The notes: generated by a model from the letters alone, not told the origin. A stretch of DNA of 64,000 bases from Planctomycetota bacterium (GCA_026991575.1 JALXBF010000181.1:32699-96698), one strand, 5' to 3'. Positions 28,427 to 38,050 are shown, numbered from the stretch's first letter. Numbers and translations: made by a program.

Positions 28427-29560
28427 ATGGGTTCCTTCCTTGCCATCGAGACAACGTGTGACGAGACGGCGGCGGCGGTCTGTACGGATCGGCCTGCCGT
28501 GCTCAGTTCGATCGTGGCCACGCAGCATGAGTTGCACGGACGCTTCGGGGGCGTGGTGCCGGAGATTGCAGCCCGGGCTCACGTGCGCCAGATCATTCCG
28601 GTGCTCGACGCAGCGCTGCGTGAAGCCGGCATGCGGCTGGAGGAGCTTGAGGCGGTTGTGGTCAGCAACCGACCGGGACTGATCGGGTCGCTTGCCATCG
28701 GACTCACCGCGGCCAAGACGCTCGCGCTGGTGCTGGACCGTCCGCTTGTCGGCGTCGACCACCTGGCTGCGCACGTCTACGCGTGTCACCCGTGGCTCTG
28801 GCCGGACCGTTCCGCAGGAGTTGCCTGGCCCACACTGCCAGCTGACGGGGAGATCTTTCCGTGTGTCGGCATGGTGGTGAGCGGGGGGCACACGAGTGTA
28901 TCGCTGTTCTCGTCGCCTGTTGATTACGAGTTGCTTGGGGCGACGATCGACGATGCGGCGGGCGAGAGCTTTGACAAGGTTGCACAGCTGTTGCAGCTGG
29001 GCTATCCGGGGGGGCCTGCGGTCCAGCGGGCGGCTGAGTCAGGAGACCCGCATGCGTTTGAACTGCCGCGGAGCTTTCCCGGGGGCCCCGAATCGCTGAA
29101 CTTCAGCTTTAGCGGCTTGAAGACGGCGGTCCTGTACACCGTGGCTCGGCTGAACCGCGCCCCCAATGCTGGGTCAGCGGAAAGGCAGCCTGCCGGGGTT
29201 GCTTTCGACCTGGCGAGCCTGGAACCGCCTAAGGGCAAGTTGCTGGCGGATCTGGCAGCGAGTTTCCAGGAGGCGGTTGTGGATGTGCTGGTGCGACGGT
29301 GCGAGCAGGCGATTGAACGGACGGGGGTGCGCAGGCTCTGCGTAGGTGGTGGCGTAGCGGCGAATCGCCGGCTTCGCGAACGGCTGTTGGAATTGGCCCG
29401 CCGGCTCGATCTTCAGCTCCTCATCCCCCCACTGAGACTCTGTACCGACAATGCCGCCATGCTGGCTTTGGGCGGCGAGTATCTCAAGAGGGGCCTCGTC
29501 GACGATCTATCGCTCGACATCAGCAGCGTGCCGCAACGCGGTCGCCGACGAGCACACTAG
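28427..29560 (+). CDS. tsaD: tRNA N6-threonylcarbamoyltransferase complex transferase subunit
   Basis: LAIETTCDET, GGVVPEIAARAH, HLAAH, VSGGHT, DDAAGESFDK, FSFSGLKT, GGVAAN, CTDNAAM. Confidence 0.97.
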   Translation: MGSFLAIETTCDETAAAVCTDRPAVLSSIVATQHELHGRFGGVVPEIAARAHVRQIIPVLDAALREAGMRLEELEAVVVSNRPGLIGSLAIGLTAAKTLALVLDRPLVGVDHLAAHVYACHPWLWPDRSAGVAWPTLPADGEIFPCVGMVVSGGHTSVSLFSSPVDYELLGATIDDAAGESFDKVAQLLQLGYPGGPAVQRAAESGDPHAFELPRSFPGGPESLNFSFSGLKTAVLYTVARLNRAPNAGSAERQPAGVAFDLASLEPPKGKLLADLAASFQEAVVDVLVRRCEQAIERTGVRRLCVGGGVAANRRLRERLLELARRLDLQLLIPPLRLCTDNAAMLALGGEYLKRGLVDDLSLDISSVPQRGRRRAH

Positions 29561-29567
29561 TAGAAAG

Positions 29568-29638
29568 AGCCGCCGGCCGGATTCGAACCGGCGATCGCGG
29601 ATTTGCAATCCGCTGCCTTACCACTTGGCTACGGCGGC
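29568..29638 (-). tRNA. tRNA-Cys (GCA), CCA not encoded
   Basis: Minus strand GCCGCCG TA GCC AAGTGGTAA GGC A GCGGA TTGCAAA TCCGC GATC GCCGG TTCGAAT CCGGC CGGCGGC T forms a full cloverleaf with anticodon GCA and a U discriminator. Confidence 0.97.
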
Positions 29639-29653
29639 TTCTGTTGCTGTGAT

Positions 29654-29682
29654 ATTCTACGACCATGCTCGCCTCATGCCAA
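29654..29682 (-). promoter_or_regulatory. Putative sigma-70-type promoter of tRNA-Cys
   Basis: Minus strand TTGGCA-17 nt-TAGAAT, ending 15 nt upstream of the mature tRNA 5' end. Confidence 0.65.
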
Positions 29683-29943
29683 TGGCCCGTTGATGCCAGC
29701 GTGGGGCAGCTGCGGCCGCGGACCTCAGGGGGGCGATGCGTGTGGCGATGTCCTGCCGGGTTCAGCGGCGGTCGCGGCGTGGCGGGGCGCTGCCGGAGCA
29801 TGCGGTTGGTTAGCGACGCAGCACGACGACACTGTCGCGCAGCGCAGCGCTTGGCTACGCGCGAGTACCGCTCGGATCAGGCTGTTCTCGCGCAAGATCT
29901 TTTTCGTTAACATGTTGTGTCGGTTCCCCATGGGGGCTGTTCT

Positions 29944-29960
29944 TTGGCACCGGGCTTGCA
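29944..29960 (+). promoter_or_regulatory. Putative sigma-54 (-24/-12) promoter facing the exosortase locus
   Basis: TTGGCAC-CGGGC-TTGCA matches YTGGCAC-N5-TTGCW with exact spacing, preceded by an AT-rich patch (~29891-29920). Confidence 0.7.
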
Positions 29961-30535
29961 AGCAGGGCCAGCGGACTGTACTGCAACGCGCTCTCTAGCG
30001 GCTGTCACAGTTGGGGTGGTTGGACGACTTGGGCGGTGACGCCCTCCGGAGCTGCCCCACTGGTTGCCAAGGGCTCGCGGAATGTGGTAAAAAGACTGAG
30101 TAGATTGGGCACCGCGCGGCAGACGGGCCGCTGCACGGGGTTGCACTAGCTGATGCGCGGCACCTGTTGGAGCAGCAGCTGTTCTTCGCCAGGGAGGGGA
30201 GCCGTAGCGGGGATGGCCCATCTCCTGAAGAGGTTTCGTTTTCCCTGTTCCTGTGATGCGGGGCCTAGCCTTGTGGTTGCTCGCTACCACCAAAGAAGGC
30301 ACGGGGCGCTGGCGGCGACCGCTTCAATGCAGGGCCGTAGCAGCATCGTGTGCGGTGGCGAGTGGCGCTTGGAGGTAGTGGCGTAGAGACGCAAGCGGAC
30401 CGGTTCTGGGGACTGTGCTCTACTGGGCCCGCGCTTGCCCGAACAGCCTGTGGCCGTGCCAACGGCTCTGGTCGGCGAAGCGGCTCATGCCGTGGCCCCG
30501 CATCCAAGGCAAGCTATCTGGAGCAGGAACACGCC

Positions 30536-31732
30536 ATGCCGGCTGACGTCACACAACCCGAGGCCAGGTTATCGGCAGCGGAAACTGTGCCGGAGACGAG
30601 GGGCAATGGCGCACCGCAGGAGGCTGCTGCTGGTGCGGGGCCCAGCTTGCCCGCGGTTCACGCTGCAACTGCTCAACCGCGGACCGATCGGTACCGACCG
30701 CTAGAGCTGCTACGCCGGACCGATCCGCGGCTGCTTCTGGCCATTGCTGTCGTCTCCGCGGTGACGCTGTGGGCCTACTACCCAAGTTTCCGACGTCTAG
30801 TGCAAATCTGGTGGTCCGATCCGCAGTACTCGCACGGGTTCTTGGTTCCCGTGTTTACTGCGGTTTTGTGTTGGTTACGGCGCGAACGGGTCGACTGGAG
30901 TCGGGTGCGGCCGAGCTGGTGGGCTGTACCGGTGTTGATCGGTGCTGCCGTACTGCGGCTGTTCGGCACTTACTTCTATATGGAATGGTTCGAGCACTTG
31001 TCGCTGCTACCGCTGTGCTTTGGGCTGCTGCTTGCCTTCGGTGGCTGGCAGCTCGTGCGGGGCTGGTGGCCGGCGGTGCTGTTTTTGATCTTTATGATCC
31101 CGTTCCCGTACCGCTTCGAGATCATGCTGTCGCATCCTCTGCAGCGGATTGCGACCAAGGCCAGTTGTTATCTGCTGCAGACGCTGGGCGAGCCAGCGGT
31201 GGCGGAAGGCAATACGATCCTGGTCAACGAGGCTCGCTTGGAAGTTGTCCAGGCATGCAATGGGCTTCGGATGGCGATCAGCTTTGTCGCGCTGGCCGTG
31301 GCGATGGTCATGGTGATCCGCCGGCCGCTTTGGGAGCGTTTCCTGATCCTTGCCAGCGCACTGCCCATCGCCCTGATCTCCAATATCTTGCGTATCACGG
31401 TCACAGGACTGCTGTACAACCACGTGGGCGGCGAGCTGGCGCATGTGTTTTTCCATGATGTTGCCGGCTGGCTCATGATGCCGCTGGCGCTCGGAATGCT
31501 CTGGGCTGAGTTGGCCCTGGTGAATTGGGTTCTCGTAGAAGAGGAGAGGACCGGTCCGATTAAGGTTGCTGGTCGCAGTGACCCTGCGATCAAGTCCGTT
31601 GCGGTGTCGCCAAGACCTCGCATGGAAGGGGCTGGTGCTAAGGCGACAACGGCCGCGGCGACATCCGATGGGGCAGCGCAGCGGAAGCCGAAGCCGGTCG
31701 GCAAGAAGAAGCGTCGCAAGCGAAAGAGATGA
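30536..31732 (+). CDS. Exosortase/archaeosortase family protein (EpsH-like)
   Basis: DPQYSHGFLVP, FMIPFP, LEVVQACNGLR (Cys), NILRI (Arg), FFHD (His); multi-TM. ATG 30536 follows GGAGCAGGA. Confidence 0.93.
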   Translation: MPADVTQPEARLSAAETVPETRGNGAPQEAAAGAGPSLPAVHAATAQPRTDRYRPLELLRRTDPRLLLAIAVVSAVTLWAYYPSFRRLVQIWWSDPQYSHGFLVPVFTAVLCWLRRERVDWSRVRPSWWAVPVLIGAAVLRLFGTYFYMEWFEHLSLLPLCFGLLLAFGGWQLVRGWWPAVLFLIFMIPFPYRFEIMLSHPLQRIATKASCYLLQTLGEPAVAEGNTILVNEARLEVVQACNGLRMAISFVALAVAMVMVIRRPLWERFLILASALPIALISNILRITVTGLLYNHVGGELAHVFFHDVAGWLMMPLALGMLWAELALVNWVLVEEERTGPIKVAGRSDPAIKSVAVSPRPRMEGAGAKATTAAATSDGAAQRKPKPVGKKKRRKRKR

Positions 31733-31822
31733 CCGGCAGGAGGGGGGCCTTGTCACGGCGGCTTCCGCTGGTGAGACTTGTGGTTGGTGCAGACACGCAG
31801 CAGCAACGAGGTTAGTGCATCG

Positions 31823-34135
31823 ATGAGCAAGAGTGCCCGGAACAGCAAACAGTCCAGGCGAGGTCACCGAAAGGGGGAGCGGGCTGACCGAAAGCAGAAC
31901 CGGCCGGATTCGGCGCCCCTGTACGTGGCGCCGGAACTGGCGCAGACAGCAGCTGCGCAAGCGGTCCCGCACGAAGAGCCCCTGTTCCCCGATCCGATGG
32001 CCCTGCTGCGGGCCGCTCTCCGCCGCTGGCTGCTCTGCTTCACGCTTGGCCTCCTCGTGGCCGGCGCGGTCGCTGCCGCGCTGTGGTACCTGCTGCCACC
32101 GGGTGAGTTCCGGGCTTCGGCTCTGGTTCGCCTGCATGCCCACCAGCCCAAGGTCCTGTTTAAGGCGGGCGCAGACGGCTTCCGCAGCATCCGTGACACG
32201 CACGTCGCACTCATCAAGAGCCCCGTGGTGCTAAACAAGGCGCTGGACAATCGGGTTGTGGCCAGAGCAGCTGAGGAGGCAGAGGCAGAGGACCCGTTGG
32301 AATGGTTAAGCGAGAAGGTGTCCACCCGGTTCGTCGGCGGTGAGGTACTGCAGGTTTCGGCCACGCACGATGATCCGCAGGTTGCTGCCGCAATCGTCAA
32401 TTCGGTCCTGGATGCTTACTTCAGCGAAGTTATCGATCGCGACCGCAGCAAGCAGCTCGAACGCATGCGGGAGCTGGAGGATCTGGTGGCCGAATACGAG
32501 CAGAAGGTCAAGGACCAACGCCGTTCTCTGAAGGAACTCCAAGAACGACTTGGCACCACTGACTCAGAAGCGGTTCGCCTTCAGTTCGAGGCTTTGAAGC
32601 AGCACGTGTCGGCGCTGTTCGGGCAGCATCTGCGGATCGGTCTAGATCTGGAACGGCTCCAGGACGAACGCCGCCGACTGGAGCTACGGCTGAAGGAGCA
32701 AGATATCGAAGTGCCCGAATCGCTGCTGAACGACCTCGTGGAAGGCGACCCTGCCGTCGTCGGTCACATGCAACGGATCGCGGCACTCGAGCAGCAACTC
32801 AAAGCTATGGAAGCTGTCTTCAAGGACCCAAACCATCCCAGGCTGGTCCAGCTTCGCTCAGAAATCCAGGAGGAACGCAAGGCACTGGAGAAGGCCAAGG
32901 CTGAGGCTCGGCCCCGCTGGATCGAACGGGCCAAGGAACAGGTGCGGCTGCAAATGGCTGCGCGGCTGGCCGCACTTCAGGAACAGATCGCGCAGCTTGA
33001 AAGCTCGCTCAGCGCGGTTCTGAAGGACTTGGAACAAAAGCGTGCAGAGCTACGGTCACTGGGCCGGGACGCCGAAGAGCTCTCGTTCCTGCGGAAAGAG
33101 CTCGAAAAATATGAGAACGTCTACAACGCGGCTCTGGAGGAGCTGACCAAGCTGCAGGTTGAGGCCAAAGCGCCATCCCGTGCCGAAATCCTCGTCAAAG
33201 CGACCCCGCCGCGTACCCGAGACAACAGCCGCAAGATCAAGCTCGTCGGGCTGGCAAGTGTCGCAAGCTTTGGCATCGTCGTGCTCGCGATCGGGCTCAT
33301 CGAGTGGAAACGCCGCGCAGTTCTGATCCCGGATGACATCGAAAAAGAGGCCCGGCTGCGCGTGATCGCAACGGTGCCCAGACTGCCGGCGCCGAGCCGA
33401 CTGCACAATGGCCGGTACGAACAGGAGATGCTCCGGTTTGAGGAGGCGTTCGATGGCGTCCGCGTCACGCTGTTTGCCGGCCGTAACGGTGATGCCCCTA
33501 AGGTGATCATGGTCACCAGCCCGGAAAGCAAGGAAGGCAAGACCACCCTGGCCGCTCACCTGGCTGCGAGCGTGGTGCGTTCCGGGAAACGGGTAATCGC
33601 CGTGGACCTGGACTTACGCAGTCCGTCCTTGCACCAGCTCTTTGACGTGGACATGGCACCAGGCGTGGTCGAGGTGCTTGCGGGGGCCGTTGAGCTGGAG
33701 AGGGCCCTTCACATGGTGGAGCGCTACCCCGATCTGCACGTGCTCCCCACCGGGCGGCCCACCCGAGACGTCGGCGGTCTGCTGGCCAGCGGCGCCCTGG
33801 GCAGGCTCGTTGGACAGCTGCGACGCAATTACGACTTCGTCGTCCTGGACGTGCCCCCGGTCCTGATCGTCCCGGACGCGCTGGACATCGGTCAGTTTGC
33901 CGATGCAGCGGTCCTGACGGCGCTTCAAGGTGGCACCAAGGCGCCTGCGCTGCAGGAGGCTCGCAAGCGGCTCGAGCTCGTCAACATCCCGCTCCTGGGC
34001 GTTGTCATGCTCGGTGTCCGACAACGCGGTTTTGGCTACTACCGCGGCTATGGCTATGGCTACGGTTACGGCTATGGCCAGTCGCGCCAGGACCTTGAAC
34101 AGAGCGCTGACACTGAGATCCGAACGCAGCACTAA
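31823..34135 (+). CDS. Polysaccharide co-polymerase / tyrosine autokinase (Wzc-like)
   Basis: Two TMs flanking a coiled coil, SPESKEGKTT Walker A, VDLDLRSP, VVLDVPP Walker B, C-terminal GYYRGYGYGYGYGYG tyrosine cluster. Confidence 0.93.
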   Translation: MSKSARNSKQSRRGHRKGERADRKQNRPDSAPLYVAPELAQTAAAQAVPHEEPLFPDPMALLRAALRRWLLCFTLGLLVAGAVAAALWYLLPPGEFRASALVRLHAHQPKVLFKAGADGFRSIRDTHVALIKSPVVLNKALDNRVVARAAEEAEAEDPLEWLSEKVSTRFVGGEVLQVSATHDDPQVAAAIVNSVLDAYFSEVIDRDRSKQLERMRELEDLVAEYEQKVKDQRRSLKELQERLGTTDSEAVRLQFEALKQHVSALFGQHLRIGLDLERLQDERRRLELRLKEQDIEVPESLLNDLVEGDPAVVGHMQRIAALEQQLKAMEAVFKDPNHPRLVQLRSEIQEERKALEKAKAEARPRWIERAKEQVRLQMAARLAALQEQIAQLESSLSAVLKDLEQKRAELRSLGRDAEELSFLRKELEKYENVYNAALEELTKLQVEAKAPSRAEILVKATPPRTRDNSRKIKLVGLASVASFGIVVLAIGLIEWKRRAVLIPDDIEKEARLRVIATVPRLPAPSRLHNGRYEQEMLRFEEAFDGVRVTLFAGRNGDAPKVIMVTSPESKEGKTTLAAHLAASVVRSGKRVIAVDLDLRSPSLHQLFDVDMAPGVVEVLAGAVELERALHMVERYPDLHVLPTGRPTRDVGGLLASGALGRLVGQLRRNYDFVVLDVPPVLIVPDALDIGQFADAAVLTALQGGTKAPALQEARKRLELVNIPLLGVVMLGVRQRGFGYYRGYGYGYGYGYGQSRQDLEQSADTEIRTQH
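34046..34075 (+). repeat. 5x GGYTAY hexamer encoding the (GY)5 tyrosine cluster
   Basis: ggctat ggctat ggctac ggttac ggctat, in frame at the Wzc C-terminus. Confidence 0.85.
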
Positions 34136-34164
34136 ACGGGCCCCGGGCTACTGGAGGAACCGTC

Positions 34165-34824
34165 GTGCGACGTACTGTGGCTATCGTCGCTGTCGCCGTG
34201 CTGTTGGTCGCCGGCAACGGCGTTGTCCACGGTCTGATTACCCATCGGTGGACTAAGCCGGTCGACCACTCGGCCTTGGCCGACGCCCTGGCCGCCGTGC
34301 CGCTGAAATGCGGCCCGTGGCGGGGGAAACCGGTCCCCGTTGACCCGGTTGTACGACGCGCCGCGGAAGCAGCCGGTGTGTTCCAGGCCAGCTATGTGAA
34401 CGAGCAGACAAATGATTTGGTCACGGTCCTGGTACTCAGTGGCGATCCCGGTCCCATGAGCGTGCATATGCCGGAACACTGCTACGCCGGCCTTGGCTAC
34501 CAGCAACAGGGAGACGTGGAACGGGTAACTGTTGAGGCAGGCAACCGGCAGTTGCAGTTCCGAAGGGTTGCCCTCGTGCGGCAAACGCATGAGGGGGTAC
34601 CCGAGCGGATCACCGTCTACCACGGCTGGTACGACGGGCAGGAGTGGTCCGCGCCGGCACTGCCCAGGCTGGTCTTTGCCAACTCCCGCTTCCTGATCAA
34701 ACTTTACGTCAGCACCCCCCCGGTTCCGGAGGGCGCCGACGTCGAGGATCCGGTCCCCGAGTTCCTGCCGTTTATCTGTGAGGCCATCGAGCAGCAGGTT
34801 GCACAGGCGACACAGAGCGACTGA
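34165..34824 (+). CDS. Exosortase-associated EpsI family protein
   Basis: GGAGGA RBS, N-terminal TM, VPLKCGPWRG, HMPEHCYAGLGY (HxPxxCY motif), LIKLYV. Confidence 0.88.
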   Translation: MRRTVAIVAVAVLLVAGNGVVHGLITHRWTKPVDHSALADALAAVPLKCGPWRGKPVPVDPVVRRAAEAAGVFQASYVNEQTNDLVTVLVLSGDPGPMSVHMPEHCYAGLGYQQQGDVERVTVEAGNRQLQFRRVALVRQTHEGVPERITVYHGWYDGQEWSAPALPRLVFANSRFLIKLYVSTPPVPEGADVEDPVPEFLPFICEAIEQQVAQATQSD

Positions 34825-34961
34825 GCAACTCTGCACCCGTGCCCGATCAACCCACTGCGAGACCCTGGCCGTGCGCCGGTCGGGAACCTGGTCGATGCAC
34901 CTGCCTGCCGGGCCCGCCGTCCGTTGCTGTTCCGCAGTCGCCGCCGCTGCTGGCCGCGGGT

Positions 34962-37325
34962 TTACTCCCGGCTGCGCAGCCAGTCCTGCCAGCGGCCACG
35001 GGCCACCTGCCAGACCGCAACCACCCAAACTGCCGTGCCAAAGACCGCGGCTGCTATAACTACGGCGACCAACGTGTGTGGGTGGACCACCAGCGGCATG
35101 CGGAAGTAGTCCGTGTTGTACAGCCGAATCAGCGCGTGTGTCAGCGTGATGCCCAGCGGTAGAGCAGCGGCCGTACCGGTCAACACCAGCACGGCAAGCT
35201 CGCCGGCAAGCATTCCGCCGAGCTCACGGTTGCAGAAGCCAAGCGCCAGCAGCGTTGCATAGTCCCGCCGACGCTCCATGAGGGAGACGAGCACGACGTT
35301 CAGCAGACTGCTGAACAGAAGCACCGCGGCGAACCCGACCAATAGCGCCACATAGGTGACCGTCAGTTTGGTTACCATCCGCCATAGGATCGCCCGCTCT
35401 ACGCGGCGGTTCCGCACCGTGACCACGCTTGGGTAGCCCGCCAGACGCTGCGCGACGTCCCCTTGAGGGGAAAGGAGCAGGAGTCGATTGACCAAGCGAG
35501 GATGGCCAACCAGTTTGCGGGCGAGTGTCATCGGGGCGTAGACGAAGAGCCCGAGGTAATCGTCCACCAAGCGCAGCACACGGACTCGGACCACGCGTCG
35601 ATCTGCCACCCGGATTCTCAACGTCACACGATCGCCCGCGCGTACGGCCAGCTTCTTCGCCAGCCACCGGCTCAATGCAACACCACTGCTGCCGTGCGGT
35701 ACGATCCCCCGAGAACTGCTGTCGCTTTCCCAGGGCACGAACAGCCGGGGGGATTCCGGCAGCAGCAGCACAGCGCCATCCATACGATACCGGCCGTGTT
35801 GGATGGTGGCAGGGACCGTACCAACCCCCTCGGCAAGGGGGGCTCGGACTCTATGGGCTATCTCGCGAACGGCCTGAACGTCGCGGTAGTCACGCAACCA
35901 CGCAGACCAGTCGTGCCGCTCCACGTGGCGGTAGTGGTGATCGAGGACCGCAATGGTGCTGTCGTAGCTGAGTAACCCAACCAGCAGCATGCTCGTGGCC
36001 AACGCCACGGCCGCGATGCCGGCCAGTGACCTCAGCGGGCGGCGCACGAGGTAGCTGCCCGCGATCCGTGCCAGCAAGGGCCAGCGACGCGGTAGCAGCC
36101 GGCTCAGTCCGGGGGTGGTTGCCGGAGCGGGCCTCATGGCCGCAGCCGGCGGCTCCCGCCAGGCAACCCAGACTGCTCTCGCAGCTGCTGTAGCTGCAGT
36201 GCCGATGCCCAGCGCCAGCACGATTGCGTAGTCCGCGGGGTGGAACCTGGCCTCCAAGCCGGGCAATTCGAAAAACTGCCGGTAGACTGCGATCATGGCG
36301 CGGTGCAGGAGTGCGCCGCCTGCAAGGCCCGCGGCGACCCCGAGTAGCCCGATGCTGAGTGCATGGGCCGCGTAGTAGCCGGCCACGTGAAGGTCGGGAT
36401 AGCCAAGGGCTTTCAACACGCCGATGACGGGGCGGTCCTGGTCGACCTGACGCCACAGGATCACCTGCAGTACCAGCAGTGCTACGATGAGGAACAGCGT
36501 TGGAATGACGACGCCGAACACGGCCAGCCCTCGGATCTCATCGCTGAGGTAACGGTGGGAAGCGTGCTCTTCGAGGTCGTGTGCATCCAGGACGCCATAG
36601 GGCGACAGGGACCTTTCCAGCATGCGCAACGCTGCACGTCGTTCCGGCCGGCTGTTGCCCCGCAGCCTTCCGACCAACTCTGTGACCGCACCACGCAACC
36701 CGGTGGCCTGCTCCATGAACTCTTCCGGGAGAAACACGACGCCGTAGCGGGCTGGGTCTGGCACGATCGATCCCGGCGCTAGCAAGTAGACAAACTCTGG
36801 ACTGAGCGCAATCCCGATCACGCGAATCGACACGACCCGGCCCCCTAGGAGCAACCGGAGGTGGCTGCCCGGTCGGATGCCGTGAGCGTGCGCAAAGGCG
36901 CGGCCGACGATTCCCTCCGGACGAGTACCTACCTCGAAGTAGCGACCGGCGATCAGACGGACGTCGTTGACCCGAGGCCGCCTACCGGCCGGTAACGACA
37001 CGGCAAGCACCGTGGTGGGATCTCGGTCGGCCGTGTCCTTCATCATGCGCGCTTCACGCACGATGCGCCCCTCAACCCAGCGCGCGCACCGGGAGGCCTG
37101 AGCAATTGCCTGCCGGCGAGGGGCACGCTTCAGGCGGATCCAGAACCCGGCGATCCGCTGGCGGGCGTAGAAGCGATCGCGGGCGGCCGCCAGGTCCCGG
37201 TGGGCACTGCGCAATCCGATGCCCAGCAGCGTGCCGATTGCGATCACGGCGGCGACCGCCAGTGTCTGCCACCGCTGCTGGCGCAGCTGGCGGTAAAGCC
37301 GCCGACGAAGCACGGACCCTGTCAC
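34962..37325 (-). CDS. FtsX/MacB-type ABC transporter permease (duplicated)
   Basis: Two MacB-periplasmic/FtsX halves; IGVLKALGY and ERRRDYATLLALGF; GIALSPEFVY. Confidence 0.9.
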   Translation of the reverse strand: MTGSVLRRRLYRQLRQQRWQTLAVAAVIAIGTLLGIGLRSAHRDLAAARDRFYARQRIAGFWIRLKRAPRRQAIAQASRCARWVEGRIVREARMMKDTADRDPTTVLAVSLPAGRRPRVNDVRLIAGRYFEVGTRPEGIVGRAFAHAHGIRPGSHLRLLLGGRVVSIRVIGIALSPEFVYLLAPGSIVPDPARYGVVFLPEEFMEQATGLRGAVTELVGRLRGNSRPERRAALRMLERSLSPYGVLDAHDLEEHASHRYLSDEIRGLAVFGVVIPTLFLIVALLVLQVILWRQVDQDRPVIGVLKALGYPDLHVAGYYAAHALSIGLLGVAAGLAGGALLHRAMIAVYRQFFELPGLEARFHPADYAIVLALGIGTAATAAARAVWVAWREPPAAAMRPAPATTPGLSRLLPRRWPLLARIAGSYLVRRPLRSLAGIAAVALATSMLLVGLLSYDSTIAVLDHHYRHVERHDWSAWLRDYRDVQAVREIAHRVRAPLAEGVGTVPATIQHGRYRMDGAVLLLPESPRLFVPWESDSSSRGIVPHGSSGVALSRWLAKKLAVRAGDRVTLRIRVADRRVVRVRVLRLVDDYLGLFVYAPMTLARKLVGHPRLVNRLLLLSPQGDVAQRLAGYPSVVTVRNRRVERAILWRMVTKLTVTYVALLVGFAAVLLFSSLLNVVLVSLMERRRDYATLLALGFCNRELGGMLAGELAVLVLTGTAAALPLGITLTHALIRLYNTDYFRMPLVVHPHTLVAVVIAAAVFGTAVWVVAVWQVARGRWQDWLRSRE

Positions 37326-38050
37326 CAGATCAGCTCCGACGCAGCAAGGGGAGTCTCGTTCCGCGAAACCGCCACAACTTCCCCAGAGCGTAGCCGAATG
37401 ACGCGGTGACCGATCGTAGCGATGGCCTGATTGTGCGTAACCAGCACCACGGTGGTGCCGAAGCGTTCTGGAAGCTCCTGGATCAGTCCCAGCACGTCCT
37501 TGGCCGTCTCATAATCCAGCGCTCCGGTCGGTTCATCGCACAGCAGGAGCGCGGGCCGTTTCACCACCGCACGCGCTATGGCCACCCGCTGCTGCTCCCC
37601 GCCGGAAAGTTGGGCCGGGAAATGCGTCTTCCGATCCGCCAGCCCGAACTGTTCCAGGAGGTCATCGACCGGCAGTGGCTGCTCAACGAGGTACGCAGCC
37701 AGTTCCACGTTCTCGTAGGCTGTCAGGTTGGGGACCAGGTTGAAGAACTGGAAGACGAAACCGACGTGGTGGCGTCGGTAGTGAGTGAGCTGCGCGGCGG
37801 TCGCGGTTGCCAGGTCGAGCTCACCGAAGCGGATGTGGCCGGTGCTCACGCGATCGAGGCCGCCCATGAGATTGAGCAGTGTTGTCTTGCCCGAGCCGCT
37901 GGGGCCGAGCACGACGAGCAGCTCCCCGGGCCAGAGCGACAGGTCCACCTCGCGCAACACTGTCAATTCGCGCGGTCCCTGCCGATAGCGCTTCGTGACG
38001 CGCTCAAGCCGAAGGACACACGTGTCTGCCAGTTCCCGACTGCCGCCCAT
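37322..38050 (-). CDS. ABC transporter ATP-binding protein (LolD/MacB-like)
   Basis: [37 protein letters not shown]; 4-nt overlap with the permease. Confidence 0.96.
   Translation of the reverse strand: MGGSRELADTCVLRLERVTKRYRQGPRELTVLREVDLSLWPGELLVVLGPSGSGKTTLLNLMGGLDRVSTGHIRFGELDLATATAAQLTHYRRHHVGFVFQFFNLVPNLTAYENVELAAYLVEQPLPVDDLLEQFGLADRKTHFPAQLSGGEQQRVAIARAVVKRPALLLCDEPTGALDYETAKDVLGLIQELPERFGTTVVLVTHNQAIATIGHRVIRLRSGEVVAVSRNETPLAASELIW

Noticed and set aside
30153-30386. 77-aa ORF and other short ORFs in the exosortase leader as a sorting substrate
   Set aside because: No signal peptide, no motif-TM-basic tail, no convincing RBS or codon pattern.
29568-34824. Genomic island integrated at tRNA-Cys
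   Set aside because: No integrase, no duplicated tRNA 3' end seen, the locus lies on the tRNA's 5' side, and there is no obvious compositional shift.
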